64,000 nucleotides of DNA from IMG/VR virus record IMGVR_UViG_3300024346_000004; one strand, 5' to 3'. Below the pieces are notes generated by a model that saw nothing but the letters and a program-made list of their open reading frames with translations, did not search any database and was not told where the DNA came from. Below, piece by piece: positions 9,792 through 20,477 of this stretch. The position numbers and the translations under genes were made by a program. The DNA is from a virus. Its lineage: Duplodnaviria > Caudoviricetes. Within the stretch, counting starts at the first letter, position 1. Each line of letters begins with the position of its first letter.

Positions 9792-9858
9792 GATTAATGA
9801 CCAATGTATTATATCATAAAAAAAAAGGGGTATATTTTTGTATACCCCTTTGAAAATT

Positions 9859-10494
9859 TTAGACTGTTTCTTCTAAATATTTTTCGTTATAGACAAAATG
9901 CTCATCAACTAGAGTGACTTTACCAGTTTTGATTAGGCGATTATTGATATTCTTCCAAAATTTAGCAATATATGCTGCGTTTTTATTGCCTGAAACTAAT
10001 CTTTCCTCAGAAGGGATATCATTTAGCATTTTATTATTGAATTCTTGCAATAGTTTATCTCTAGAAACCTTTTTCTTTGACTTAATATGATCAAGACTGA
10101 AATTCTCTATTCGATCAATTAAATCTCTCGACCACTTTTTGTTGACAAAGTTTTTGGACTTTGTATTACTATCTAGTTCAGATACTGAATCAAATACAGT
10201 TTCTTCTGATAAAACAATTTTATTATCTGTAAGATTGTCTTCTAATTCAGGTATATCTGAGTCAAGTGTATCTAAGACAAGTTGATGGTAAGTGGTAGTC
10301 GATTGAGTATTGATAGTCTCAAGAGCTGAAAAATCAGTTAGATTGTTCATAATATCTAATCTGGTTGTTAACAATAACGAGAAATCTGATGCTCCTTTAA
10401 TCTTAGAAGCTGTATCGAAGATAGAAGACGTTTCGTTATTACATACGTCTTTAATGTATTCTGATAGTAAAGTTTTTATTTGATGACTTAGCAT
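9859..10494 (-). CDS. Protein with C-terminal winged-helix (Mrr N-terminal-like) domain
   Basis: IPSEERLVSG..YIAKF..LIKTGKV pattern; resembles the C-terminus of 53505..54176. Confidence 0.5.
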   Translation of the reverse strand: MLSHQIKTLLSEYIKDVCNNETSSIFDTASKIKGASDFSLLLTTRLDIMNNLTDFSALETINTQSTTTYHQLVLDTLDSDIPELEDNLTDNKIVLSEETVFDSVSELDSNTKSKNFVNKKWSRDLIDRIENFSLDHIKSKKKVSRDKLLQEFNNKMLNDIPSEERLVSGNKNAAYIAKFWKNINNRLIKTGKVTLVDEHFVYNEKYLEETV

Positions 10495-10617
10495 ATTTCA
10501 TAATCCTTTTTTGTATTTGACATCTGACCACATTGCATAATCTTTTGATGTATATAAAATACAATCCAATATATCCTTATCTATAGCATTTGTCAATTAG
10601 GATTTTTAAAAATTTAC

Positions 10618-10720
10618 AAAAAAATGAACCTACAAGAAATTTACATTAGGCATGCTCGTAAGAACTTAAAATCTTATATTGTTCCAGTGTCTTTAATCTG
10701 CAAAAAATTTGAAGTTAATC
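10618..10720 (-). pseudogene. Decayed copy of the 3' end and half-terminator of the FN3-repeat gene
   Basis: 10641-10720 aligns without gaps to 13239-13318 and reads INFKFFAD*RHWNNIRF*VLTSMPNV; 10618-10640 matches 13155-13177 at 22/23. Confidence 0.85.
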
Positions 10721-10807
10721 TTTATTTAATAATACCATAAAAAAATAAATTGAAAAACACTTATAATAATATTGTCACATAAAGTTTTATAGCTTAAAGG
10801 AGCGCAT

Positions 10808-13150
10808 ATGTTTTTTAATAAGAAACTACCTACTGATTTTGACCAGGTGCAAGAAAAAGGCAGAGAAATTAGTGAAATTTTTTTCAAGCCAACACAAGAA
10901 TTACAACCAGATTTCAATTTGATTGATAAGGTAAACAAAAGCAAATTTGAAGATTTTCAAGCATCTTCATTAGCATCATTTTTTGAAAGACTTGAACTAA
11001 TCCCTACTGTAGATCTTGGAGATGTAAATTTAAAGATCAGAACTACAAATCCATCAGCTCCAATTGATGCTGATTTATGCCAAGTTTGGATGAGAAGAAC
11101 ATACACTAATCCAACAACAGGGCAAACAACAGAACAATGGCTTAATTGGGTTCCTAATGACGATGTAGCTAAAAAATATTTTAAGTTTAGTTTGTTTTCT
11201 GGAGAAACTCAAACATTTAACTTTGACATAAGTACATTTGATGTTGGAAAATATGATAGTTTTAGATTTATTTTCTTTACCAACCATTGGACAGTGCTTG
11301 CAGATCAAATGGCAGAAAATGTTTCATTTGAGATTACTACAAAACAAAAAAGAGTTAAGTCTCCATTTGTAGAAATTTTAGTTGATAAAATTCAAGATCC
11401 AGGTTCAGATGGCAAATTACATATTCCCTATGTAATCAAAATGCCACCTAAGACTTTTACTACTTGGGGTGGATGGTTCTTGTTAGGAAAAGGCGGATCA
11501 CTGTTTCAGCAGCCTTGGATTGCTTATGCTAAAAAAAATGGTTCTGATGTTCTTCCTGATGGTGCAACAAAAGTAGCTGATGGCCCAGACCCATATTGGT
11601 ATTCAGAGGGTGAACTAATATTTGATTATCCAAGTGTAAGTGGTATCCACAATTTACAGTTTGGTTTATTTGATTACAATTGGAAACTTCAAAACTGGGT
11701 TTGGCCAGGTATTAATATTCAAGTAGGTGGAGATAGCTGGGTTACAAAATGTCCAGATTCAAAATTACCACCAAGATTAAGAGTTAGTAATGGTCAGTTA
11801 GTTAAGCTTGATGGTACACCTTATAATATTTACGAAGGCACAACTGGAGCTAATGCAATCACAGCTATAAGAGGCGGTAATTACGGTAACCAATATTTAT
11901 GGTCAGAGGCACCAGATTATAATAGAACTGGATTCTTTAGCTCACTAAAATATCTTGGACATAAGTTCTTGAGATTTTTATTCAATCCAGACAAATATAT
12001 TGCTGATAAAATTTACAGAAATAGAATTCAAGACACAATTGGTAAAATGCTTAGTGCTGGCTGCCATGTTATTGTTGGGCCTCAGCATATTCCAACTGGA
12101 AATGATTTACATGATAAATCAGAAGGCTTCTATAAACTCGTTGAATTAATGGCAAATAACTGGAAGGGTTTACCAGTCTGGGTTTGTCTTACAAATGAGC
12201 CTAACGATATTGGCGATTGGAGTTTATGCAAGCCTATTCTTCAGAAAGCAGCAACAATTTATAGGTCTATTGATCCTGACGCTTTTCTCATTTGCCCAAC
12301 GTCTAAATGGTCAAAAGAAAATACTACCCCTGAAGCTAATGATTTAATTGATCCCCTATTAGTTGACGCATATGCTTACCATGCTTACAACGGTGCTACA
12401 GACGTTATTCCTAACCTTAAACCAATATTAGATAAGGGTGTTGCAGTGATTGTTGAAGAATATGGCTGCGGAGATGTTGAATGGCAAAAAGGCATTAACA
12501 TTGAGATGCAAAAGCTTTCAAAATTATATCCAAACCTTATAGCATTTGCTACTTGGGCTTGGACAAGAGCTGGAGAAGATGCTTGTCCAATGGTTGAAGA
12601 TGGGAATCTTGCTAATGTAAAATTAACTGCTACAGGCCAGATGCAAGCAAAGGATCTACAAACTTGGGACAGTGGTAATTTTATTAGTGAAGGAAGTGTT
12701 GTTCAGCCTACCCCTCAACCAAATCCACTACCTACACCATCTCCTGAGCCATCTCCTACACCTCAACCTGTTGATTCAATTTCTAAAACAGAAGTTGATA
12801 GCCTATTAGATACAAAGCTTAATCAATCATTAACTTTATTAAAAGAAGATTTGAAGATTTATATCAAAGACTCTATAGATGCTTATGATGTTCTTCAAGA
12901 TGCAGAAACAAAGCAATATTTTGATACTGCTGTAAGCAATTTAGAGTTAGTAGATATTATTGAAATTGATGCAAAATATACAGACGTAAGTGAAGTATCA
13001 GCATTGTCAGGTAAAGAAATTGTTAAGTTTAGAGCGGAACTATACAACAAGGTTCTTAGTGATTATAAACTTATGCTAAAGGCCCCAACAGTAGCAAAAT
13101 TATCTGCATATTTGGCCAAGTTTATTGAACACATTAAACCACCTGTCTAA
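10808..13150 (+). CDS. GH5-like (clan A) glycoside hydrolase with N-terminal beta domains, Pro/Thr linker and helical C-terminus
   Basis: LTNEP acid/base motif, AYHAY, VIVEEYG nucleophile, WAW; PTPQPNPLPTPSPEPSPTPQP linker; AAGGAG SD. Confidence 0.8.
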   Translation: MFFNKKLPTDFDQVQEKGREISEIFFKPTQELQPDFNLIDKVNKSKFEDFQASSLASFFERLELIPTVDLGDVNLKIRTTNPSAPIDADLCQVWMRRTYTNPTTGQTTEQWLNWVPNDDVAKKYFKFSLFSGETQTFNFDISTFDVGKYDSFRFIFFTNHWTVLADQMAENVSFEITTKQKRVKSPFVEILVDKIQDPGSDGKLHIPYVIKMPPKTFTTWGGWFLLGKGGSLFQQPWIAYAKKNGSDVLPDGATKVADGPDPYWYSEGELIFDYPSVSGIHNLQFGLFDYNWKLQNWVWPGINIQVGGDSWVTKCPDSKLPPRLRVSNGQLVKLDGTPYNIYEGTTGANAITAIRGGNYGNQYLWSEAPDYNRTGFFSSLKYLGHKFLRFLFNPDKYIADKIYRNRIQDTIGKMLSAGCHVIVGPQHIPTGNDLHDKSEGFYKLVELMANNWKGLPVWVCLTNEPNDIGDWSLCKPILQKAATIYRSIDPDAFLICPTSKWSKENTTPEANDLIDPLLVDAYAYHAYNGATDVIPNLKPILDKGVAVIVEEYGCGDVEWQKGINIEMQKLSKLYPNLIAFATWAWTRAGEDACPMVEDGNLANVKLTATGQMQAKDLQTWDSGNFISEGSVVQPTPQPNPLPTPSPEPSPTPQPVDSISKTEVDSLLDTKLNQSLTLLKEDLKIYIKDSIDAYDVLQDAETKQYFDTAVSNLELVDIIEIDAKYTDVSEVSALSGKEIVKFRAELYNKVLSDYKLMLKAPTVAKLSAYLAKFIEHIKPPV

Positions 13151-13159
13151 ATGAAAAAA

Positions 13160-13192
13160 AATGAACCGACAAGAAATACTTGTCGGTTCATT
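13160..13192. terminator. Hairpin terminator between convergent GH5 and FN3 genes
   Basis: AATGAACCGACAAG-AAATA-CTTGTCGGTTCATT, perfect 14-bp stem. Confidence 0.8.
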
Positions 13193-13227
13193 AATTCAAC
13201 TTGTAAGTAATCCTTACAAGTTCAAAA

Positions 13228-15921
13228 CTAAAACAATTTCACATTAGGGAAACTTGTCAATACTTCAAATCCCATATTGTCCCAGTGTCTTTCATCTGCA
13301 AAAGGTCTAAAGTTAATCCAATATGAGTTATCTGGTTGCCAAGTTCTTTGTTCACCAATTTCATTATAAGTGTGATAGATCAAGTGAGTATAGTTGACAT
13401 TGATTTCTTCAAATGGGAAATCAACAGGTAATGGAGAATCAGCAACTAAATATCCATCTTCTGTAACTACAACTCTGTTCTTTGAAACATATAAATCAAA
13501 CTTGACTCTTCTATCTAATCCCTGCCAAGTTCTATTTAAAGGATAATCTCTTCTTTCAACACTTGGTCTAAAGAAAATTTCACCTTCATATTTACCTGAA
13601 ACAGCATTCATAGTAGATCTATAAATAATTGCTCCTGAACGATTAGTGGAATAAACATCCATTAATTTATTTAACGATGCTTTTGATGTTTCTTTAATCC
13701 ACCAGTTATTAGGATTAAAATCAATGTCATCAATCATCTTAAATGTTTCAGGTGTCCATTCATATTCAGCAGCGCCACCAAATTCAGCAAATCTAATCCA
13801 GCCAGATTTTGGAGAATAATTTGACTCTAAATTGAAAGATGGAAACTTATTACCATCAAAAAACTTAGATGATAGCTTGACATTAACATCATTACCATTT
13901 TGAACTACAGAGTTAGCTACAAATGTACCTACCCTGTATTCAGTGAGATTATTGATGCTTCTATAAGGGGCTGGGTAAGAATAAATACTATGTCTATCAG
14001 CAAACTTCACTGGCACTGAATAAGATTTTCTTGAACCATCAGGATTATAACCAGTGTCAATGTTGATATTATGATGACCAGCACCAATCGCCCATCTAAA
14101 TAACTTACCAGACTTTGTGTTCATAGCAATTTTATCTGCTGCTTTACCTGAATAAACAGTTTCTCCAGCGGGTAATAAAAGTACATCACACCATCTTCTT
14201 CCAGAGAAATGCGGGTCAACTTCAAATGTAACGTGAAGAACTTTACCTCCACTTATATTTGCAGTTTTCTTAGGACTCATTAACATAACACCATTACTTA
14301 AGTGAGCCCAACCAGGAACAGGAAGTGAAGCACCATCATAAATAGTGTCCATAAAGTGAGAACCCATTAAGAACACAGTAGAATGGTTTGTATCTAAATC
14401 ATCTAAAAAGAAATTCCATTTGTCATTCTCAAACCATTTTAAAAATAAATGAGCTTCGTTTTTATATTGATTGTTTGGACCAAATCTAAAATCAAATATA
14501 TCTTGTTTTGTTGGCAATTGAACTATAGGCTGAAAATTTCTAAAGTTGTCAAAGAAAACTTGCTCTCCAGTTAGAACTCTTTGAAATGTAGTAACCTTAT
14601 ATGGATTAGATTTTGCAACAACATTAGGTTCATTAGAAGGATCTCCATGACCATTTACTGCTGCATGAATTTCTCCATTTGGCCCACTAGCCCCCGGCCC
14701 AATAATTCCATCAATTTTCTGATAAGGACCCATTTTATCAAGTGCTTCAACAATAATATTATATGATTGATTGCTTGTTAAACCATTCATTTCAATCATA
14801 TTAAATCCAGAAGAATATTTGACAGTATTTGAATTACCCTCAACATAAGCTCTGTAATCAATAGCACCCGGAACATAATCAAACTTTACAACTACACTGT
14901 CGTCATTAGGTTCGTTCCCAGTAATATTAATAGGAGTAGGAGATAAATCTTTAGGACCAAATGCTGTATTAATTTCAACAATTGGACCTAATGTTTCTTG
15001 AACTTTAAATTGATCCCTATTAACTGAACCAATTTGATATTTGTATGTCTTACCTGAAACAACATTTGTATCAATATAATATTGAGACCATAATCCAGAA
15101 CAAACTATGACTCCATCTCTATAGACATTGTAAGCATTTGGAGCATCTTGACCCCAAACTTGTTGATCTTGCCATTTGATGAAGTTTCTAGGTCTGCCTC
15201 TATTCCATTCAGGACTTACAACATATTTTCCAGGAGTTGACGGAGGATTTGTTCTCCAGCCAAAGTTGTAATTTGGTGCCCAACTTCCTCTTGCCATACC
15301 TAAATTTGATGGTAATGATTCTAATCCATATTTATCAACTGCTGTAACTGTATATGTCCAGTGATCTTGATAAATTAATTTACTTACAGTGAATGAGTTG
15401 GTCTTTGATGAACCAATTTTATTATCGTACCTGTAAATATTATAATAGGTAGCTTCGGGACTTGGTTCCCATTGCAGGATATCAAAAGGGCCATTATCCC
15501 AGAAACCAAATGTTCTTAAATTTGTAGGCGCTTCTGGATTCTTGAGAACTAATAACGGAATAGTAACAGTAGATTTCTCAGACATTTTAAGATATCCGCT
15601 TGGTACTAATCCTGCAACATAATAATCCCATTTTTGCTGATATTTGACGTTTCTATCAATGGTCATATTTTCGTTATTAGTCAATTTTGCAAAAGGTTTA
15701 TTATAATCAGGCTTAATTCCTTGTTGAACTCTGTATATATTATATCGAGTACATTTGGGTATTAAATCCCATTTGAGCTTTACATGATAATTTGACGGAG
15801 TGCCTACACAATAACACAATTCCACCTGCGTTGAGAAATTCTTCACTTGTGGTAGTTTTTGAGCATTTACTCCAGATATTATAATGTACAAGAGACACCA
15901 TAAAACAATAGCTTTCTTCAT
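13228..15921 (-). CDS. Secreted/surface protein with fibronectin type III repeats and a beta-rich C-terminal domain
   Basis: Signal peptide MKKAIVLWCLLYIIISGVNA; repeated W..YNIYR..Y.V.AV FN3 patterns; GGAGG SD. Confidence 0.8.
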   Translation of the reverse strand: MKKAIVLWCLLYIIISGVNAQKLPQVKNFSTQVELCYCVGTPSNYHVKLKWDLIPKCTRYNIYRVQQGIKPDYNKPFAKLTNNENMTIDRNVKYQQKWDYYVAGLVPSGYLKMSEKSTVTIPLLVLKNPEAPTNLRTFGFWDNGPFDILQWEPSPEATYYNIYRYDNKIGSSKTNSFTVSKLIYQDHWTYTVTAVDKYGLESLPSNLGMARGSWAPNYNFGWRTNPPSTPGKYVVSPEWNRGRPRNFIKWQDQQVWGQDAPNAYNVYRDGVIVCSGLWSQYYIDTNVVSGKTYKYQIGSVNRDQFKVQETLGPIVEINTAFGPKDLSPTPINITGNEPNDDSVVVKFDYVPGAIDYRAYVEGNSNTVKYSSGFNMIEMNGLTSNQSYNIIVEALDKMGPYQKIDGIIGPGASGPNGEIHAAVNGHGDPSNEPNVVAKSNPYKVTTFQRVLTGEQVFFDNFRNFQPIVQLPTKQDIFDFRFGPNNQYKNEAHLFLKWFENDKWNFFLDDLDTNHSTVFLMGSHFMDTIYDGASLPVPGWAHLSNGVMLMSPKKTANISGGKVLHVTFEVDPHFSGRRWCDVLLLPAGETVYSGKAADKIAMNTKSGKLFRWAIGAGHHNINIDTGYNPDGSRKSYSVPVKFADRHSIYSYPAPYRSINNLTEYRVGTFVANSVVQNGNDVNVKLSSKFFDGNKFPSFNLESNYSPKSGWIRFAEFGGAAEYEWTPETFKMIDDIDFNPNNWWIKETSKASLNKLMDVYSTNRSGAIIYRSTMNAVSGKYEGEIFFRPSVERRDYPLNRTWQGLDRRVKFDLYVSKNRVVVTEDGYLVADSPLPVDFPFEEINVNYTHLIYHTYNEIGEQRTWQPDNSYWINFRPFADERHWDNMGFEVLTSFPNVKLF

Positions 15922-16008
15922 AACATACCTCCCCAGGTTTATTTTTAAGTTGAGAGCTATTGTTTTATTCTTGTTTCACAGGTATACTTCTTTTAGAGGT
16001 ACGTGATA

Positions 16009-16374
16009 ATGCGATATGATAAGAATCAATTTCTTTGGAATTTTCTTTATGTTTGTATGACTAAAAATATTACTTTTAGTGATCAAGATTTTTATAATTT
16101 TTCCAAAGCATGCAATATTAAAGTTGATATGAATTATGCTATGGAAAACTTTTTTGATAATGGTGTATCAAAAACAGTAGTTGGGTCTACCTCAACTTTT
16201 GTAGCTAGTAAGTCTTTGCTGGGTCCTTGTTATATCCATCCCCAAGGAACAAATCCCAAAAATATTAAATATAATATTTCAAAGATTATTCACGAACTAA
16301 AGCTGTCTCAACAAAAACTAACTACAGATGAAAAACTAAAGAAAATTACAGATTACATTGATCTGTTAGGATAA
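16009..16374 (+). CDS. Hypothetical protein
   Basis: About 121 aa ORF, GAGG upstream, terminator downstream. Confidence 0.65.
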   Translation: MRYDKNQFLWNFLYVCMTKNITFSDQDFYNFSKACNIKVDMNYAMENFFDNGVSKTVVGSTSTFVASKSLLGPCYIHPQGTNPKNIKYNISKIIHELKLSQQKLTTDEKLKKITDYIDLLG

Positions 16375-16376
16375 AC

Positions 16377-16405
16377 AAAAACCCTCCATAAAGGAGGGTT
16401 TTTTT
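16377..16405. terminator. Bidirectional intrinsic terminator
   Basis: AAAAACCCTCC-ATAAA-GGAGGGTTTTTTT. Confidence 0.85.
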
Positions 16406-16637
16406 ATAACTTGTCTAATCCTAGATCATCATAAACTTCCCAAATTGGCCCAGCATTGTCTAATACTGTTTGATGCAATATAAAATAATCTTCCCAAGAA
16501 TTAAAAAACACATTTCCCATGCTGTCTATAATTTTTTCTTCATTCCGATATATATAATAGTCTTCAGGCCATCTTCTAGATCTAATTTTTAATCCTAAAT
16601 CTATCATTGGACGAGACATTTGACTAAATAATTTCAT
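16404..16637 (-). CDS. Divergent DUF2829/Tad2-like protein
   Basis: MKLFSQM..MIDLGLKIRSRRW..YYIY..WEVYD; GGGAG SD. Confidence 0.55.
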   Translation of the reverse strand: MKLFSQMSRPMIDLGLKIRSRRWPEDYYIYRNEEKIIDSMGNVFFNSWEDYFILHQTVLDNAGPIWEVYDDLGLDKL

Positions 16638-16730
16638 ATTATCTCCCACCAGTACATTATATCTTCTAAAGGTTATATCTTGTATAATTGACAAATAATA
16701 TCTATAATATTATTGCTTTTAGGTAACTTT

Positions 16731-19700
16731 ATGTCTCAAATCAAATTCGTCAACACATCTTCAATTGTAAGTATCAAAATAGCAAATATGTATGATTCTA
16801 TTGGTGATTATTCTTACTCAGATAAATTTGACAGATATGCGAATTTAATGCTCAAAATCGCACAACAAGAACAAAATGAAGAGACTGAAGATATTATTGA
16901 AGAAACACCTGAAAATGAACATGCGCAATATATTGTAGACCATCCTTTAGCTGATGAACAATCCTCTAAATTAAAATCTCAAATTAGTGAACAAGATCAT
17001 GATTTATTTGATGAATTTTATAATGCTTGGAGCTCAGGAAATACCATCAATGAATCTATCAAACAGCTATATGATCGAGTAAATAAACCGGAAAATAAGA
17101 GCCTTGGAAATTATTTAAGGGTTATAGTTGAAAATGTTATTCAAGCATTCTATAAAATTCCAGACTCATCATTGTATGAATTTACTGATCAATTTCTAAA
17201 AGGTAATCTTAAATTTGCTGAAGATGAGCTTTTATTATCTTTAAGATATTCAAAGCCAGAACAAATTATAAGATTTGACAAACAATATAAAATTGATTCA
17301 GCTGTTAAATATTTACCTGATGGTCATGCTAAAAAACTATTTTCAGAATATTTATATTATCATTCTAATCCAGAAAATTTAGGTCAAATATTTAATGATC
17401 TTATGAATCTTTATGATTTAGCTGATTATTTTGAAAATTCATCGGAACTTCAAGCTTACTTAAATGATGCGTCTGCATTTGATTCTAAAATTCCTGAAAT
17501 GAATAAAGAGGAAATTGTAAATTTCAAAAAAGCTGGATTATCTTTTTTACCTGGAAAAAATAACTACCAAGAACAACTTAACATCCGATGCCAAGATAAT
17601 AAGATATATTATTTTATAAAAAATATTATTTTTTTTAGAGGCATACAAGAACCTGTTCAAATCAGCAACAATGTGTTAGAACGATTGACTGCGCATTATT
17701 CTCCTGAACAAGTCAGAGTAATTTTTGATAATATTAAAAGTCTAATGAGAGATTCTGATGCAGAACATATCATCAGAATAAATACAATACTTCCATTTGA
17801 TCAAGCTATCGCTAAGTATAAAGAATTACAACATGATGGAACTGAACTAAACCTATATTACAAACAAGTTCTGGGCAAAGATTATGAATTATTTAATTTA
17901 GAGCCTGATCAAGTAAACCAGACCCTATATTTAGTTTTGATAGAAGCTGACAAAGAAAAAGCAGAAATATACATAGGATCATTATCTGATCTTTTAAATA
18001 ATTATGTTAGAAGTGCTATCACAAAATCTAATGCTAAATATTTCTTGGATTATATTACACAATTTGACAGAGACTATGTTCAACAATATTTAAAAACTTA
18101 TTATCTTTCTACTTACATCAAATTTCGCCCTGACAGATTACAAGAAATTCATCCTATTGAGATTCTGAAGCATAATAATCCTGACATTGTTTTAGCCTAT
18201 CATAAATCTAATCCAGAATTTTCAAGCTTAAGTGTAGATGATATTGAAAAGTATTCAGAATTTTATAAAAATAATTCAAATGCTGTAGATATTCCATATA
18301 AAGATTTAGAACCTCATATTGCAAATAAGAATGTTCAAAATTATATTTTGTTTGGTTCTACTGACCCTAATAAAGCTAAAATAGCTGACAAGATTTATAA
18401 AGCTAACAGTTATAGATCAAGAGAAATCGCAGCTCGTTTTAAAGACAGTGATATTATCGATATATCTAAGATAGGTTTACTAAATATAAGTAATCCAAGA
18501 TTTGCACATTTATCATTAACTGAATTAAATTTACTTTCTGATAAAGTAAACCATTTTGAGACATTAGAAAGAATTAAATTAGTTAAAGATAGTTTCAAGA
18601 ATCCTAGAAATACAGCATATCATAACTTTGAAGAAGGAAGTGCTGATTACAATAAGCTCTTATATATTTTATTTCATAATTATGATCTAAGAGGGCGAAA
18701 TCCTCAATTGCTTATCAAACTTTTAGATCTTCATGCAAAAGATGAAATGATAACAGAATTAGGACTAGATGATGTTAATCATATGATCCGTAATAGGGTT
18801 GCTTGTGATTTACCAAATATTAATGTTTCAGATGCAAAAATACATGTAAGAAATAGAAAAACTATTATACATGATATAGAAGTTAAAGTATACAATAAAT
18901 ACCATACAGCAATTAAAGCACAAAACACTGAGATCGCTAAATATCCTATAAATCAAATATTAGATTTCGTAACAAAATATGATAATGCTTTAAATACAGA
19001 TGAAGATGCTGAAAGTTATTTACCTAAAGGTGTAACAGCTAATCAAGCTGGTGATGCATTGCAAGCTATAAATGATGGGCATGGTTTATTAATTTATTTA
19101 AATAGAGAATCAATGATAAAATTTTATAAATTAATAATGGATAAAATTATTGGGATTAATCCTGATTATTCTGACTCTACTACTAAACTTATGCCTATAT
19201 ATGCAGCAACAGCTGCTACTGCAGATATAAATTATTATTTACCTGATGTCATAACAGAAGATTTTATAAAAGAAATTACAAGTACTCAAATTCCCAATAA
19301 ATTAAATATAGACTTTTCAAAAGCTGAAGTAAGGTTAAATTCAAATACACAACTAGAATATGTAAATGAATCTATGGCACTTCTCAGATTATTTAATAAA
19401 TCATTACCTAATTTTCTTGATAAATTTATTATCGCATCAGGAAAAGATTACGGTAAGATATTTAAATTTTCGGAAATGGATGATTATGTTCAAAGTATTG
19501 TAATACATTCTGCTGCGCAAAAGTTTGACAAAATTGATCCTGGTCCGGGTTTATCTGATTATATCATTCAGCAAATGAATAATAAAAATTTATTTCAACT
19601 TGCTAAAGTAGCGAGAATGTGGAATAAAGAAATAAATATTGCTGATGAAAAAATGAGTATAGCCTCCAAATCTCTCGTGTCTGAATTATCTAAAATGTAT

Positions 19701-20477
19701 GATGTAAGTGAACTCTCTGATTTAATTAAAACTTCATCATCATTAATTTTCTTCAGTAAGATTGAAGTGCAAGAACCTAGATTAGCAAAAGAATTTGATA
19801 AACATTTTGAATTTTCTGATAAACCGGATTTTCATGATCATTTAGGTATGGATGAAAATGATAGATTATTAAAAATGTATCAAAATATAGAAATATTATA
19901 CAAACATAGAACTAACTTTCCTCAGCCAGAGTGGTCAGATATTGAAGAAGAATATTACGGATATACAGCTAGATTCTTACACAGAAATGACACAAGAGGT
20001 ATGTTTATAGGAAATTATGCTGGATGCTGTCAACATCCAGATAGTTATGCTGCAACTCTTGCATTAGATGGTCAAATATCAGATAAATCTTCGTTCTTTA
20101 TAATAGAAGATCAAAAAGGTCAAATGATCCTGGGTAGTTATGTTTGGGAAGATGATAACGGCAATATCTGTTTTGATAGTTTTGAAACAATTGGAAGCAA
20201 ATTATTCGGTAGCGTAGAAGCACAAACAATAGTTGACAAACTTATTTATGATGTAGCAAAAAAAATGAACACTAATGTTAATTTTGGTTCTCAATCTAGC
20301 GGTGCATATAGACCAAGACAATTTAAGAAAGACACAAAAACACCATTTAAGAATAACGCTAGACCATGGGAAAATCCATACGTAAAAACTATATTAGATT
20401 TAAATTCAAAACAAATTAATACTAAGGACTTGTATGTAGCTGATTCTGAAAGCCAAATAATTATTATTCAACGATAA
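16731..20477 (+). CDS. Large leader-bearing protein with a C-terminal CCQ (PcfJ-related?) domain
   Basis: Leader IKIANMYDSIGDYSYSDKFD..LKIAQ; C-terminal YTARFL..IGNYAGCCQ..SYVW..CFDSFE shared with 34757..37132; AAAGG-N19-CAAAT upstream. Confidence 0.8.
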   Translation: MSQIKFVNTSSIVSIKIANMYDSIGDYSYSDKFDRYANLMLKIAQQEQNEETEDIIEETPENEHAQYIVDHPLADEQSSKLKSQISEQDHDLFDEFYNAWSSGNTINESIKQLYDRVNKPENKSLGNYLRVIVENVIQAFYKIPDSSLYEFTDQFLKGNLKFAEDELLLSLRYSKPEQIIRFDKQYKIDSAVKYLPDGHAKKLFSEYLYYHSNPENLGQIFNDLMNLYDLADYFENSSELQAYLNDASAFDSKIPEMNKEEIVNFKKAGLSFLPGKNNYQEQLNIRCQDNKIYYFIKNIIFFRGIQEPVQISNNVLERLTAHYSPEQVRVIFDNIKSLMRDSDAEHIIRINTILPFDQAIAKYKELQHDGTELNLYYKQVLGKDYELFNLEPDQVNQTLYLVLIEADKEKAEIYIGSLSDLLNNYVRSAITKSNAKYFLDYITQFDRDYVQQYLKTYYLSTYIKFRPDRLQEIHPIEILKHNNPDIVLAYHKSNPEFSSLSVDDIEKYSEFYKNNSNAVDIPYKDLEPHIANKNVQNYILFGSTDPNKAKIADKIYKANSYRSREIAARFKDSDIIDISKIGLLNISNPRFAHLSLTELNLLSDKVNHFETLERIKLVKDSFKNPRNTAYHNFEEGSADYNKLLYILFHNYDLRGRNPQLLIKLLDLHAKDEMITELGLDDVNHMIRNRVACDLPNINVSDAKIHVRNRKTIIHDIEVKVYNKYHTAIKAQNTEIAKYPINQILDFVTKYDNALNTDEDAESYLPKGVTANQAGDALQAINDGHGLLIYLNRESMIKFYKLIMDKIIGINPDYSDSTTKLMPIYAATAATADINYYLPDVITEDFIKEITSTQIPNKLNIDFSKAEVRLNSNTQLEYVNESMALLRLFNKSLPNFLDKFIIASGKDYGKIFKFSEMDDYVQSIVIHSAAQKFDKIDPGPGLSDYIIQQMNNKNLFQLAKVARMWNKEINIADEKMSIASKSLVSELSKMYDVSELSDLIKTSSSLIFFSKIEVQEPRLAKEFDKHFEFSDKPDFHDHLGMDENDRLLKMYQNIEILYKHRTNFPQPEWSDIEEEYYGYTARFLHRNDTRGMFIGNYAGCCQHPDSYAATLALDGQISDKSSFFIIEDQKGQMILGSYVWEDDNGNICFDSFETIGSKLFGSVEAQTIVDKLIYDVAKKMNTNVNFGSQSSGAYRPRQFKKDTKTPFKNNARPWENPYVKTILDLNSKQINTKDLYVADSESQIIIIQR

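Noticed and set aside
12700-12770. Low-complexity CCT/CCA repeat
   Set aside because: An ordinary Pro/Thr linker of a modular glycoside hydrolase.
10641-13318. Diversity-generating retroelement TR/VR pair (non-coding repeat matching a gene's C-terminus)
   Set aside because: Most mismatches are not at adenines of the putative template (T>G, C>T, synonymous changes), and no reverse transcriptase is in the window; it fits a decayed paralog.
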